A stretch of DNA of 64,000 nt, from positions 38,070,001 through 38,134,000 of the forward strand of contig CM119372.1 in the NCBI GenBank assembly GCA_051294905.1, written 5' to 3'. Numbering within the stretch: position 1 is the first letter of the stretch; each line of letters opens with the position of its first letter. Shown in pieces: positions 23,283 to 36,628 of the stretch. Position numbers and translations under genes: made by a program. The notes under the pieces were generated by a model, which saw nothing but the letters and a program-made list of their open reading frames with translations, did no database searches and had not been told where the DNA came from. Source of the DNA: Botryllus schlosseri. Taxonomy: Eukaryota.

Positions 23283-24583
23283 CCCGTAAACCGGGGTAAC
23301 TTTGGACAATTCTCAACAATTCCGATTTGTATCTTGGAAATGCTATGGTGTAGGGGAGGCAAGTTTTGTGTTTTTATTGGGTCATGGAACAAAGATTAGA
23401 ATTAACCAATCCAAAATCTTCATGGTCATAAGTAAGTACCTTATTTTTGTAAATTATCCGTGTCCAAAGTTACCCCTGTATGTGGGGTAACTTTGGACAA
23501 TGTAGTTTTTTGTATGCCTTTACACTCTATTGTTTATGAAACCTCGTAAATGAGGCTTAATTGGCAAGAGTTGATGAGAGCAGTGACTAAAACTGAAACA
23601 AAATAGTATATGTCTGGCCTATTGCATGATTTTTACCTAATCCACCCCCCCCCCCCAAAAAAAAAGGTAGTTTATGAAGGCTAATGCCCCCTTATTCATC
23701 CCTTATCTCAATTTTCCCTCGTGCCTTCACCAATTGGGACTTATAAATAACATATGGTGACAAGCGGTATCCCACTGGCAGTGTTAGCAATCGACAGCAA
23801 ACATTAAGCATGTTAGCGTGATTTATTGCCGATTTCAATTATATTACTGTTCTTGAAAAGATACATTTTCCCTCTCCTATGTCCTCTGATGGATATATTT
23901 GTCGTAATTTATGATATCCCATATTCAGCAGGAGCATCTTTAGGAGTATGTGATAAGTTTTTGAAGTAGCTTACACCCGATTATAGTCTCTCAGCTCAGC
24001 TCATTGCCTACCCATTTTTTCATATTTTGGTAAACTCTTGATTTATTAACCTTCTCATTCCATTTTAAGAAGCCATCAGGCCGGTCATAAGGAATATAGT
24101 TGACGATACACTTTGACACAGATGAAGCAGCCACTTTCCAGAGCTCTAAATATCACATTTTTCACCGTCCAAAGTTGCCCCATTCTGATAAAATTTGACG
24201 GGGTAACTTTGGACATCACATTTTCTTGTATTAATCTAAGGGTGAGCCCACTGAGATGTTGGCCATGGATTAAGACTACTTAGAGGTATCAGCTGCCAAG
24301 TTTTGAATCTATGAATCACATGCTATCTATGTTTGGTTGTACGAAGTTTATTAGCCATCAATTTTGACGAAATTGACCCCCTCCATTACTTTATCAATGT
24401 TGGGTCAAGCTTATCTGGTAGTGAAATGAATCCACCTTTTATAGAGACTACTTGTGGTACTGTTGCCTCATGAAAAAGAATTGGACATCCAGCGGCAGCC
24501 CTTTTTCATCAATAACCATTTAAATCTTTTACTGCTTGGTGTCCAAAGTTACCCTTAAGTCCAAAGTTACCCCGGTTTACGGG
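23283..24583 (-). mobile_element. pogo/Tigger-type (Tc1/mariner superfamily) internally deleted element
   Basis: Perfect TIR CCCGTAAACCGGGGTAACTTTGGAC and TA TSD on both sides. Decayed HTH_psq-like relic (PKDAPAEYGIS) at about 23915-23950 on the minus strand. Confidence 0.88.
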
Positions 24584-24914
24584 TAGTTAGAAATATCTTT
24601 CTGGTTTGAAAGATCTTTAAAATGTCTTCCAATTGATATAATTCTCTCCCTTACTAAGATGTTGACTTTGCTCTGCTACAGGTGAAATCTCACACTGTAA
24701 AAAATTTAATCGTAATGCTACATGTAGGTGCACAAGGCGCCGGATGCTAATTTTGGCATACCTAGCATACCAAAGTTCAGCGCTAATGGCGGGCCATTAG
24801 CTGTGCGAGGCGTGAAAATTTTTCAAAGTTCATAGGTCAATAATATTGTTGCTTGAGTATATTGCGGGCCTGCTGTAGGCCTATATCGCAGGGCTTAGTT
24901 TGCAAGGACAGGAC

Positions 24915-27283
24915 CATAGGCGCCGACTTTTATTTTTTTACGAGGTGGCGAAGTCTTATGACGTCATAATTGTTACATATCGATGACGTCATCGTCGCAG
25001 GAAAACGCACTTTACTACATGCCGCTGGCGTACGTGCAGAGTTAAACCATTCGCTTGACGTTTTAATATCGGCCATGCACTCATTAATATCAAACCATGC
25101 AGCCGATCATTAAATGGAATCTTGAAACGGTACGATCATTCGGAAGTGTAACTACGGCCTGCGCTACCGACGGAATGCATCGAACAAAAATCAGAATTCA
25201 CGTCACCGAAGAATCTGGAGGTGCATCAATGTTATTCACGCGCAATTCGCCGTGTTGAGTAACGAAATACAATATGCAATGGCCTTGCAAGTAACACACG
25301 ACAACTCTCGAATATTTTAAGCAGACAATAATGATGATTACAAGCGCGAAATCGCGCTGCCAATCAGTAATTGTCTATTGCGGTTTCTTGCTTCGCGTTG
25401 ACCAACTCGCATCGCGGCAATTGTTTGCTGATTAAAACAGCGATTCGGGCGGCATTGGTGCATTTCCGATTTACGTTCGCGAAGCATTTCGGGAGTACAT
25501 TGGTCAATTCGCAAATTCAATTTGCATGTCGACGGCCGCCAACACATACTAATTAAATTACGTGTTGATAGCCGCACAAATTTGCTTCTATGGCCGCAGG
25601 TTGGCCACCCCTGGGCTAAAATTAATTCCACTTCTGGGCGCATGCCGCGATCTTATCATAGAAATCCGCTGTCTACCTAATGCCTAATAGTTTAATATTC
25701 GATATTGTTGTTCTCGATAAGAGTACATCCAGCTCAATCAAGTTTATCGTTGTTCAAACGAATCGAATAAAATCAGAATTTGTGCCACCCAGAATCTTGT
25801 GATGCATCAATATTTGACAATGGCATGACATGGCCTACTGCACGTTAATAATGAAAGGAACACTTAACAATGACTTTGTGCGTCAATTTCGCGGTACGAA
25901 TGTATCCAGTAGATAACAAGTAATATGGATGATGGGATGATGGCAAATGAGAAAGCGTGTATTCTAATCAGAATCGCCACGGATGGGTTTTGAGTCTGAC
26001 ACCGTATTGAGTAGCTTTCGTCGCGACAATTGTTTTCTCATTATATCGGTGTTTAGGCTGTATTGCTGCATTTCCCGATTAATGTCACTGGCAAAGCCTT
26101 GTGAGAGAAACGAATCTGCGCAGAAATGAATTCCAATTTGCTGACACACACCAACACACTCTCCAATTTCGCGCTCTGATTACCAAGACTATGAAGAAGC
26201 TAGTTAGCTCGTGAATGGTTTTGTACTAGAATATGGGCGCACATAATTTAGATTTCAGAAAAGGAGAACGTCTATTTGGGCGCCTGGTCGGGAGAGGAGA
26301 GGAGATTCAATTCGGGTTAAGTACATGTGTAAATGGCGATCATATAATCTGTTCGTATTGACGATTTTAGGCGTATGATAAGCATGCCAAATAGTCCGGG
26401 AGTGCTGTCAATTAGCGAGTCCCTGATATCTGGTGAACAATTTACGTTCAAGTATTAGCGGGAATCAATTACGCACGTTAAAGTCTGATTGCAGCGATTC
26501 GATGTTACTCAGTTCCGCGATGTCGCTTTTTAATCAATATGACATAAAACAATCACTAATTAGCGTAAACTCGACCGCATTGTCTCAAAACCAGCGAGAG
26601 ATAGGAGCCAAAGCACTTTATGCCCGAGACGCGATAGTTAGGCCAGCAATGATAGCTTTCGCACCAGGCCTATTGCAGATGCTATTGTGTAGGCCAGCGA
26701 TGATATCGTGCACCCAGGCTGAAGCCGCCAATGCAGATGCGATTGCGCAGGCAAGCGATGATATAGTGTGAACTGGGCCTATTGCAGATGCCATTGGTCA
26801 ATTGTTCATGTTTAAGCCTGCGGAACCAGGCTAGCTCGATACACTTAAATCAGGCTAGCGACGATTGCCACGCGCACAGGAATGAATGACCTAATTTCGC
26901 GACCATCTCAGCGGGAGAATATCACAGACTTTTCTCCCTAATTCACAACACGTTTCTCGCAAATCAGCCGCGCGGAACACTGATAACACAATTATTGAAT
27001 TGCAACCGAGTATTAGAGTTATAATGATCATTTCAAAATGACGGGGTTTCGCGTTTCAAATAGGAAAGTTCGACCCCCGAAAGCCCCGTGGCGACGAGCC
27101 TGGCACACGCGCGTATCGAAATCGAAGACGTCTCTAACGAGGTTGCATCGATTCGCCTGATTACAAATTACTGCTCACAAATCACTTGGGCGTTTGAGCA
27201 TTTTGTACGAGGTGGCCGCCACCTAGTAAATATGGTCACGAGGTGGCTGCGCCACCTCGTAACCGCATAAGTCGGCGCCTATG
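24915..27283 (+). mobile_element. 2.4-kb non-autonomous hAT-like element, copy 1
   Basis: TIR CATAGGCGCCGACTT / AAGTCGGCGCCTATG; perfect TSD GACAGGAC; no long ORF. Confidence 0.92.
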
Positions 27284-28480
27284 GACAGGACTATTCATCG
27301 CCTGGACATATCGATATCGAATGCTTCGGCCAAGATGCGTCAATCTTTTAGTGCAGTGGTTACCAATCTGTGGTGCGCGCACCACTAGTGGTAGTTATTA
27401 GTTCAGGTGGGGTTGATTTTAAATTTTTTGAAGTTTTTTGACTAGTGGTGAAAAACAATTCTATGCATCCCACCAACCCTGGCTGATAATAATGCCTAGT
27501 TTAATATAATTTGCTATTACTAGGGCAATTTCTAAGGACAGGGCAATTTCTAAGGACATGTCATAATTTTGTCAAATTGAAGCGTTTGGTCAAAAAATCG
27601 TCAAAATTGTATACAAAGTCAAAAAAATTTTGACCCCTCTATTTCGATTGTATCGTAGATTTTGCACTGTCGGTGAACTTATTATTTGATATTTTACAGC
27701 TTGTAGCCTACTTCATAGGCCTACCATTGTAGACGACCCAATGCCTGCTCATCATGAATCATTAACGGTCAAACGAAACAAAGAGGTTGACAATAGACAT
27801 GGTCTTATGCTCAACGTACTGCAATATCCGAACTGAAACAAGACTGCTTCGGCATCGCAAGGTTTTTGTATCAAGAAGCGCATGATAAAAAATTGTGATG
27901 TAGACACCATTGTCAGAATGAAGCAACACGATGTCACCATCAGTGTACGCACGCACAACTTCAGTGTTGTCAGCCAACAACTGCTGCTGTCGAACGTTTT
28001 TGTTGTAGTATCTTTCGTTGTGCTACATCAAATCTTAATTACAGTACCTCTACCATAATACGTGGTGTAGGCTAACTTAGTAACTACTGGAATTCTTCAC
28101 TTCGTCCAAAATTTCAATATTTCGGTACAGACCATCAATAGTTATATGGCTAACTATTAGTGATAGAATTGAGCTGGAATATCCCAGTATTTATAGGTGA
28201 CATCAAATTTTGTAAATAGAAAATAGGGTACTGGTATGAGGTATGGGCCGCTGTATGTATTGAATCAATATATGCTTCATTATCCTACAAACCTCAACTC
28301 CTGTCACAGTTACCAACAATTTGGATATACTGATATGTAGGCCTATGTGGTCTGGAAGTAGACAATTATTTATTTCAACTCTTGTGTTGATCATAAGTCA
28401 TAACCCATCCTTACGAAACCAGATAACTGAAAATATGTAACATGAATATCACTATCAAATTATGCTTCCTTCGCCTAAAC

Positions 28481-29580
28481 TAGGGTTACCATAATTTTGT
28501 GAAGCAAATTCCGGACACTCTTTAGCGCCCACTAGCGGATTTCAAAATGAGTTGTGACACATTGACCGTCAATATGACGTCACACTAGCAAAGCATTGCC
28601 CATCGACTGTATGTACTATACAGGAATGAAGTGGAACATAGGTCATGAATTGGGCCATCTGTAATGTGAGCTCTGGTGAATGCTACTTGATTGGGTTTGC
28701 AATAGATTCCTCCACGGGCCGGATGAAATCATCTGGAGGGCCGTGTCTTGTCTGTCAGGATTGTGTTTGACAGCCCTGCTATACAGTTGGGTCGGTGCGG
28801 CTATCAGTTTATGTGTTTTAATCAGGTCCGAAACAACATTATTTTCTCCCCCCTTCCGCCCAAAAAAGCACTGATCTTGGGCCCACCATAGGGTAGTCGA
28901 TGTAACTTGTTGGGCACTTACTATATGCATTTGGCTGTTGAATTTTATGTATGAATTCTGTCAATAATATCGATTCTCTGATATATTAGGCTAGCCTACT
29001 ATAAAATGCACCAGCAGGTTGCACATCCGGTGATTTCCAACCTTTTATGGTCACGACCTCATTTCCCCCTTGAAAATGTTCCGTGGCAAAGCTCAAAACT
29101 TGATAAGCTGATTACTAAAAAAATTCAGCTTGCCCGGCCTGGGAAGCTCATTACGTCCAACATCATCACGATCCCCAGATAAAGGCGGACGACCCCAAGA
29201 TTTGGAACCACTGCCTGTTATTGAAGCATCCGATCGGCCTTAACCAACTCTAGGAATATGCCGTTAGCTTCAAATTGCGATTACAATCAGACTTAATTCA
29301 GTAAATGATGGTTATTTATATTTATTTTGATTGCATTTTGTGGCGAGGGTGGTGCCTGGTACTCATACTAATATCATTATACGTTGCATTAACTCGCACG
29401 CGGCGAGAAGAACAATTTTGAATAGCATAAATCTGCTTGAAAATAATATTGTTAACGTTGATTTACGAAAAACTTTTGAGCCTGATTCCAGCCTTCAAAA
29501 TTCCGGACATTTAAGCATATTTCAGAAATTCCTCCCAGACGCAGATTTTTCAGTGAAATTCTGGACGTATGGCAACCCTA
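28481..29580. mobile_element. hAT-like element of TAGGGTTACCA type
   Basis: TIR TAGGGTTACCATA / TATGGCAACCCTA; perfect TSD GCCTAAAC. Confidence 0.88.
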
Positions 29581-30387
29581 GCCTAAACTCCCCCATCAAA
29601 TTCAAATGTCACAGCTCTATCTCTATTTAAAATGGGAGTGACAAATCATAAAACATCTTGAAGCATATGATGACATTCTGCGCTAACAAACTTTTCTCCT
29701 TTTGATTAAAGACAGTATGGGCAAACAATTTTGAAATATTTTTTGTGTGAGATTCATCCCCTGTTTTTTTCATATACCTGTTTAATGTAGCTACACCAAT
29801 TTTGTACTGACATCATGCTTCTCTTTTTGATGCCACCCATGCTTTAACTTTTCGCATTGCCAAGTTGAGATCTGATTCAGTGAACTGGCCCTTTGTGTGG
29901 ATTTCATTATTTACTTTCAAGAGATTGTATATGGGAGGGATAAGACCAACGTCTGCTGTATTGCAGTGATAAATATATTTAATAGCGTCAATCAAATATC
30001 GGTTTTAGGTTTATGGTATGCTGTCCCATACCCCAGCCTATTGAGGTATGGGCCCACCGATGCTCCAACCTGCTGAATGGCCCACACCTCAAACGCTCCT
30101 TCTTGGGGATTCTTACCATAATTTCAAGACAGAGAGATTGACAAAGCATTAAAACTATTCTCCATAGATAGCATATTTCTATAGCTTTCACGCCATAAAT
30201 AAGTCTAACTCAAACGTGCACATACATAGACTCAATCCCAAATTATTTATCTTTAGCCGAGTCAAAAACTCTGCTGGCGTCATGGCTGTGAGGAACATGT
30301 GTGAGTCTGGAGCCTTTCTCTTACAATCACAGAGCGTGACAAGCATGTGTGATGTCACAGTCGCCTGATATGGCAGTGGCCCATACC

Positions 30388-33124
30388 AATAGGCGCCGAC
30401 TTACGTGGTTACGAGGTGGCGGCCACCTCGTACAAAATGCTCAAACGCCCAAGTGATTTGTGACCAGTAATTAGTAATCAGGCGAATCGATGCGACATCG
30501 TTAGGGACGTCTTCGATCGCGCGGGTCGAACTTCCCTATTTGAAACGCGAAACCCCGTCATTTTGAAATGATCATTCTAACTCTAATATTCAGTTTCAAT
30601 TCAATGATTGTGTTATCAGTATCCCGTGCGGTTTTTGCGAGAAACGTGTTGTCAATTAGCGAGAAGAGTCTCTGATGATCTCCTGCTGAGATGGTCGTGA
30701 AATTAGGTCATTCATTCTCATGCGCGTGGCAATCGTCGCTAGCCTGATTTATCGCATCTCGAACAAGCCTGGTTCCGCAGGCTTGAACATGAACATTCGC
30801 ATCTGCAATAGGCCCAGTTCATAATATATCATCGCTTGCCTGCGCAATCGCATATGCATTGGCGGCTTTGGCCTGGTGCGCACGATATCATCGCTGGCCT
30901 AAACAATAGCATCTGCAATAGGCCTGAGTGCGAAAGATGTCATTGCTGGCCAACTATCTCGTCTCGGGCCTAGCATGCTTTGGCTCCATCTCTCGCTGGT
31001 TTGGAGACAATACGGTCGAGTTTACGCTAATTAATGATTGTTTTATCTCATTGACTAAAAAGCAACATCGCGAAACTGAATAACATCGAGTCGCTGCAAA
31101 CAGACTTTGACATACGTACGTAATTGATTCCCGCTAATACTTGAACGTAACGATCCGAAGATATGTATCATGGCTCAAGTTCATAAAGACGACATACGTT
31201 TGAAATCGGTGCCGTCAAGTTCGGACATTTTGATTTGTGAAAACCGTCGCCGAGACTGCGTAATACGCGCACGTATTTAATTGATAACCAGGGATCAGGG
31301 ACTCGCTAATTGACAGCTCTCCCGGACTCTTTGGCAAGCCTAAAATCGTCAATACGAAGAGATTATATGATCGCTAGGGCAAGTTTTTGTTGCAGTTAAA
31401 TCCGTGGAAAGTTGCATTTATTTTTGAAAAAAGTTGCAGAAGTTGCGTTTTGACCACATTTTGCTGGGTTGACTAAAAATAAATTTGAATTTGGACGTGT
31501 ATTTCACCAAAATCAAAAATACTTTTTTTGAAAAATCGAGAAAATTGCAAAATGTTGCAAAAAGTTGCATGAAAAAAATGGACAAAAGTTGGAAATAGTT
31601 GCACTATAAGATTCCTTCAAACAGCTTAAAACAATTCTTCATATCTTACGAGTATTTTAGAAGCTGTAAAAAAAGTTGCAAAAACTTGCCCTATTGATCG
31701 CCATTTACACATATACTTGACCCGAATTGAATTGATGCTATATTGGTAAGCTTGAAAAAAATCAAAATCCTACTAATTTTGCGACAGGCTACGCTCCTAG
31801 CGTGTGCTGAGAAGCACCATCCTAGATCTCCTCTCCAGACCAGGTGCCCAAATAGACGTTCTGCTTTTCTGAATTCTAAATTGTGTGCGCCCATATTCGT
31901 TTACAAAATTATTCATGAGCTAGCTAGCTTGGTGATAGTCTTGATAATCAGAGCGCGAAATTGAAGGGTGTGTTGGTGTGTGCCTGCAAATTGGAATTCA
32001 TTTCTGCGCAGATTCATTTCTCTAACAAGGCATTGCCAGTGACATTTATTGGGAAATGCAGCAATACAGCTTGAACACCGATATAATGAGAAAAACAATT
32101 GTCGCAACGAAAGCTACTCAATACGGTGTCAGACTCAAAACCATTTGTGGCGATACTGATTAGAATACACACTTTCTAATTTGCCATCATCCATATTTCT
32201 TTTTATCTACTCGATACACTCGTACTCCGAAATTGTCGCGCAAGGTAATTATTCAGTGTTCCTGTCATTATTAACGTGCAGTAGGCCATGCCAATGTCAA
32301 ATATTGATGCATCTCAAGATTCTAGGTGGCACAAATTCTGATTTTATTCGATGCGTTTGAACAGGGAACCTTCCACATTCCGATAAACTTGATTGCTGGA
32401 TGTACTGGTATCGAGAACAACAATATCAAACATTAAACTATTAGGCATTTGGTAGACAGTGGATTTCTATTGAAAAAATCGCGGCATGCGCCCGGAAGTC
32501 GTCAACACATAATTCAATTAGTATGTGGGGCGGCCGTCGATATGCAAATTGAATTTACGAATTGACCGATGTACTACCGAAATGCTTCGCGAACGTAAAT
32601 CGGGAAATGCACCAATGCCACCAAAATCGCTGTTTTAATCTGCAAACAATTTCCACGATGCGAGTTGGTCAACGCGAAACCGCAAGAGACAATTACTGAT
32701 TGGTTGCGCGATTTCGCGTTTGTAATCATCATTATCGTCTGCTTGAAATATTCGAGATTTGTGTGAGTTACTTGCCAGGCCAGTGCGTAGTGTACACAGC
32801 GCATTGCGCGTAATAACATTAATGCAACTCCTGATTCTCAGTGACGTAAAATCTGATTTTTGTTCGATGCATCCCGTCGGACGGACTGGTAGCGTAGTTA
32901 CTCTTTCGAATGATCGTACCGTCTCAAGATTCCAATTAATAACTCGACTGTATGGTTTGATATTAATGAGTTCACGGCCGATATTAAAACGTCACGCGAA
33001 TGGTTTAACGCCAGCGGCATGCAGTAATGTGCGTTTTAGTGCGACGATGACGTCATTGACATGGAACAATTATGACGTCACAAGACATCGCCACTTCGCA
33101 AAAAAATAAAAGTCGGCACCCATG
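30388..33124 (-). mobile_element. Copy 2 of the 2.4-kb hAT-like family, inverted relative to copy 1
   Basis: Reverse-complement homology to 24915-27283 along its length; TSD CCCATACC (30380-30387, 33125-33132). Confidence 0.9.
31375..31693. mobile_element. MITE with AAGTTGCA repeats nested in copy 2
   Basis: TIR TAGGGCAAGTTTTTG / CAAAAACTTGCCCTA; TSD ATGATCGC/TTGATCGC; absent from copy 1. Confidence 0.88.
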
Positions 33125-33233
33125 CCCATACCTACTCAATCTCCCCTACCCTCAATATGCAAGGATAAATTGGTATGGAAACTAATAAAGATGAGGCAAC
33201 TTGTGAACGTAATGAAATCCAGATATACTATTG

Positions 33234-34448
33234 CAGGGGTTCTCAACTTCCCTCGTATAACGGGCCGCATTTTCACTCCAAAAGACGCTGCGGGCCGCAG
33301 AACATTATCACCATGTATTTGTGGGCCACTATTAAATTTAAGCTACTGTATCCTATTTACCAGTCTTATACGGGTATTTAGTACATTTTTATGCATTCTA
33401 AAGCATTAATGGAGAGCGTTCGTTAGTTTGCAGTTGCCGTTTTTTGTTGGAATATCTATCTTCAAGTTGCGCAAGTAAATCCCTTCATGGAGCGTACATT
33501 CTGTTCGTTGCCATGCCAGTATATGCACCCTTTAAACCCTTCCACCTGAGAACGGAACTCTCTGTTTCAATGCGAGAGCGAGCAAGTATAAAATTAGGTG
33601 GACTTTTTCGTTTCAGAGGTTATTATCACTTTGAGCTCTCATGAGAAGAAGTCAGACGTTCAAGGTCATTTCTGAGCAAAGCAATCAACTCTTCTCCTTT
33701 CCTTCCATGGCTGGAGCCTTACACCAAAAGTTACAGAAGTCAGCTTTGTCAAATTGATGTTTTTCACTGTTCATCTAATCTACCCACGTTTGCCACGTCA
33801 GTATTTCCTCTGGAAATATGTCGACTCTGATAAAACGCACCTGGATAATTAGCTATGCAATGTGAGAGCACTGTGTGCAGTCGATGGATTCGTCCAATGC
33901 TAGGCTAAAGTAGTCTGTACGTGGCAACGTGTTTCAGAACATGCGATAAAAGATCGACTGAGACAGCTGTTACTCTTTTGGTGGCGGTTGAATCAGACAA
34001 CTGCAGCTTCGAAATTTGTCAGGTGATGTTGGACTTGCTGCTGTGTTCCGGAAACAGCGAATATTCGCACAGTACGTTGTAGTTTTATTGAAGTCACACA
34101 TTCTCTAGCAGATTCTTGGGTTTAGCGACATTCCAAGCAATTTTGAACAATGCGTCTGTCACGTCGTCGGAAATTTTTCAAATGCTTCGAAATATGGATT
34201 GTTGGGTTTGAAACCAAGCTAGCAACGTTTTCTCTCAAATCAGGCGATATGTATAACTCCAGATGAAACTATCGTGCTATCATTTCAAGATCCTAGGCTT
34301 TCTTACAACTGTTCTTCGACAAATGTGCCACATCGGTGTTCCATAACAATACTGTGCCAGTAGTAAATTGCGTTCATATTGAAAGATGTCGCGGGCCGCA
34401 AAAGAATCGTCTGCGGGCCACATGCGGGCCGCGGGTTGAGAACCCCTG
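33234..34448. mobile_element. Charlie-like non-autonomous hAT element
   Basis: TIR CAGGGGTTCTCAAC / GTTGAGAACCCCTG; perfect TSD TACTATTG; CGGGCCGC subterminal motifs. Confidence 0.9.
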
Positions 34449-34637
34449 TACTATTGGATGTAAGGAAACTAAACATTTACAAATTCTGAATAGCCTACTA
34501 TTTTCGCTAATAAGTGCGTACCTTGTTCAATCACCCATGAATTCATTCTATGGAGCATGGAATGGCGTAGTAGCGCAATATGACGTCCACGTGTTTTCAT
34601 GCTTTGTCATTTAATCTATATCCTGTTTCATTTCCAG

Positions 34638-34838
34638 GAAGAACGTTTGGCAATGTTGGAGGAGATGCAAGCCTCACAATTACAGGCAAAGGCCAATTGC
34701 GTCAACACGTTGGTGATCAAATCAGTAACCTGCTTCAAATCAATAGTACACTTTCAAACACTTACCGTATTTTTTTTTTAGTTACAAACAATCATATCGG
34801 GCAAGCAAAGTCAGCAGCCTCACCCCAGAATTCAGAAG
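34638..34838 (+). CDS. Two short exons of the TPR-like gene, 34638-34685 and 34782-34838 (or one exon if the 96-nt in-frame intron is retained)
   Basis: TTTCCAG acceptor; GRTFGNVGGDASLTIT, possible GC donor, strong T-tract AG acceptor at 34781, then VTNNHIGQAKSAASPQNSE and a GT donor. All phase 1. Confidence 0.55.
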
Positions 34839-35112
34839 GTGAAGAGCCTAACATTATTATATATAAGGATACATTAAGTAATTTATTATAGTACCGTAAC
34901 TTGGAAAAGTGCTCACTGCCACTCAGCAAAACGTTGAATAAGGCAGCTAATGGCCCACCAATTATTCAAAGATGCTGTGGCTCGTTTCTGATAGTCATGC
35001 TAATATCTTGGATGATTTCCGTCCAGACCACGAATTGTTTTGTTGTGGATCAACGGTGTGTCAGACAATGCTAATTCGTGCATTGCAAGTTTGAAATTGT
35101 ACCATCTGGCGA

Positions 35113-35540
35113 CAAGGGTGGTCATTGATCAAAGTATTCAAATAGAGGTAGAAGTAGTGAATTTCTACTTAATTTCTAGTTCAGCTACTGTAGCGAGTTT
35201 GAAGGCATGTTAAAACTACTTCGAGTTGAAGTAGAAATTGAAGATCCGAAAATTACTGAGGTTATAGTAGTTTCAACAGGTAGACAAGATTGAGACTTTT
35301 CAAATTTTTGCAACTTGGCGGATGGATTAGGGTGTGGGCAGGACCCGTCAAATTTGCTTGATGAGTCTTTGCTCTGTCGTTACCAATGACTGTAATTATT
35401 ATTTCCCGCGTCATATTACGCATGTGGATCATGACTAGGATGTTGATACTCAAGTAAAAGTAATTTAAATTTCTATTCAAGTGTGCAAGTAGAAATGGTG
35501 ATTTCCAAGACATCTCCAAACTGCTTTTAGTGGATCAGCA
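35113..35540. mobile_element. Decayed member of the GAAGTA-repeat family (compare 62266-63564)
   Basis: GGTGGTCA start followed by AGTAGAA / CTACTT / CTCAAGTA motifs. Confidence 0.5.
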
Positions 35541-35665
35541 AAACCAATTGAACAAAAATGGTACATATTTTGGAATACCGTTTTATTTTAAAATGCGATT
35601 ACAATTTATTCAGATTATCGTAAAGAAATGAGTAACCCATTGTCAGTTCAATGCTTTATTATCAG

Positions 35666-36256
35666 GTGCAGGTGATGCAATGAAACAGCTACATAATCAA
35701 GCAAGACCAAGTAAGGATTGTTATATGTAGGCCTATACTTATAAGAGGACTGTTGGATTAGCTCTGGAGTGATATTTCCCTGAGAATATGTAATATGCTT
35801 ATCGTCGAACTTGAGATTACACTTACTGTGATATAATGGTCTTCATGGTTAAACTTGCCTGTATTCAACATTTGTGCAGAAAGAAAATCTGCCGTGGATG
35901 TCCCATCGTCTTTGCAATCCTCTCAAACGAAAAAGCAAAAGAGGTCAGGTGGGTTGACCTGTTAACATTGCCTGCACCTAACCGCCATAAGTATAAACGG
36001 TTGATTGTATGTATAGATTTGACAAGCACAAAGAAATCGTCGCGTCAACTTTCGGAGTTGAAAAACTTCAAAGTATACGAACGATACGCAAAAATGGTAA
36101 ATTGATAGTGCTACTACCGTGTGATAAGTTATACAATAACTCTCAACGGGGGGAGTTTGAAATAGCAAATTCCTTTATATTCAACCTGTACTTTAAGGAT
36201 GTATATCAGAGACTAGCGCGACTGACTGCTACAAGAGGCACAATGATCAATTTTCC
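35666..36256 (+). CDS. Four short exons of the TPR-like gene: 35666-35710, 35880-35943, 36017-36096, 36198-36256
   Basis: AG/GT boundaries with consistent phases (1-1, 1-2, 2-1, 1-0) give GAGDAMKQLHNQARP-KRKSAVDVPSSLQSSQTKKQKR-FDKHKEIVASTFGVEKLQSIRTIRKN-GCISETSATDCYKRHNDQFS. The last donor is weak. Confidence 0.6.
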
Positions 36257-36628
36257 GTATAAACGACAACGGTCCGAGACAAATTCTTTAAGAGCGTTCG
36301 CCCAGTGGCATGTTATGTGTATCCAATATGTTTGATGTTTGTCAGTGTCCAAGAAATGAATAGCAGCAAACCTCGGACAATCTGCAGTGACAGATTTAGC
36401 AATTACAATCTAGCTTTGGTTAATGGATAATGTTGGATGAAGACGACACCTGTTTCGTGGTAAAATCGATTTTAAGATTTAATGGCATAATTTCTGTTTG
36501 ATTTTCAATTACTGCACTATAGTTGTTTTCCACGATGAGAACAACTGTCACCTCGACCTTTCAAGGGACGCTGCTCTAGTTGTGATGTGGTGTCAAATTT
36601 AAGATGATGATATTTTCCATTTCTATAG

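Noticed and set aside
29813..29995. RTE-like LINE RT relic (GQFTESDLNLAMRKVK)
   Set aside because: One short motif only, with no supporting RT motifs downstream.
33500..34300. Intact hAT transposase inside 33234-34448
   Set aside because: All frames are interrupted. Only a weak DFCNFW-like hint was seen, not enough to call.
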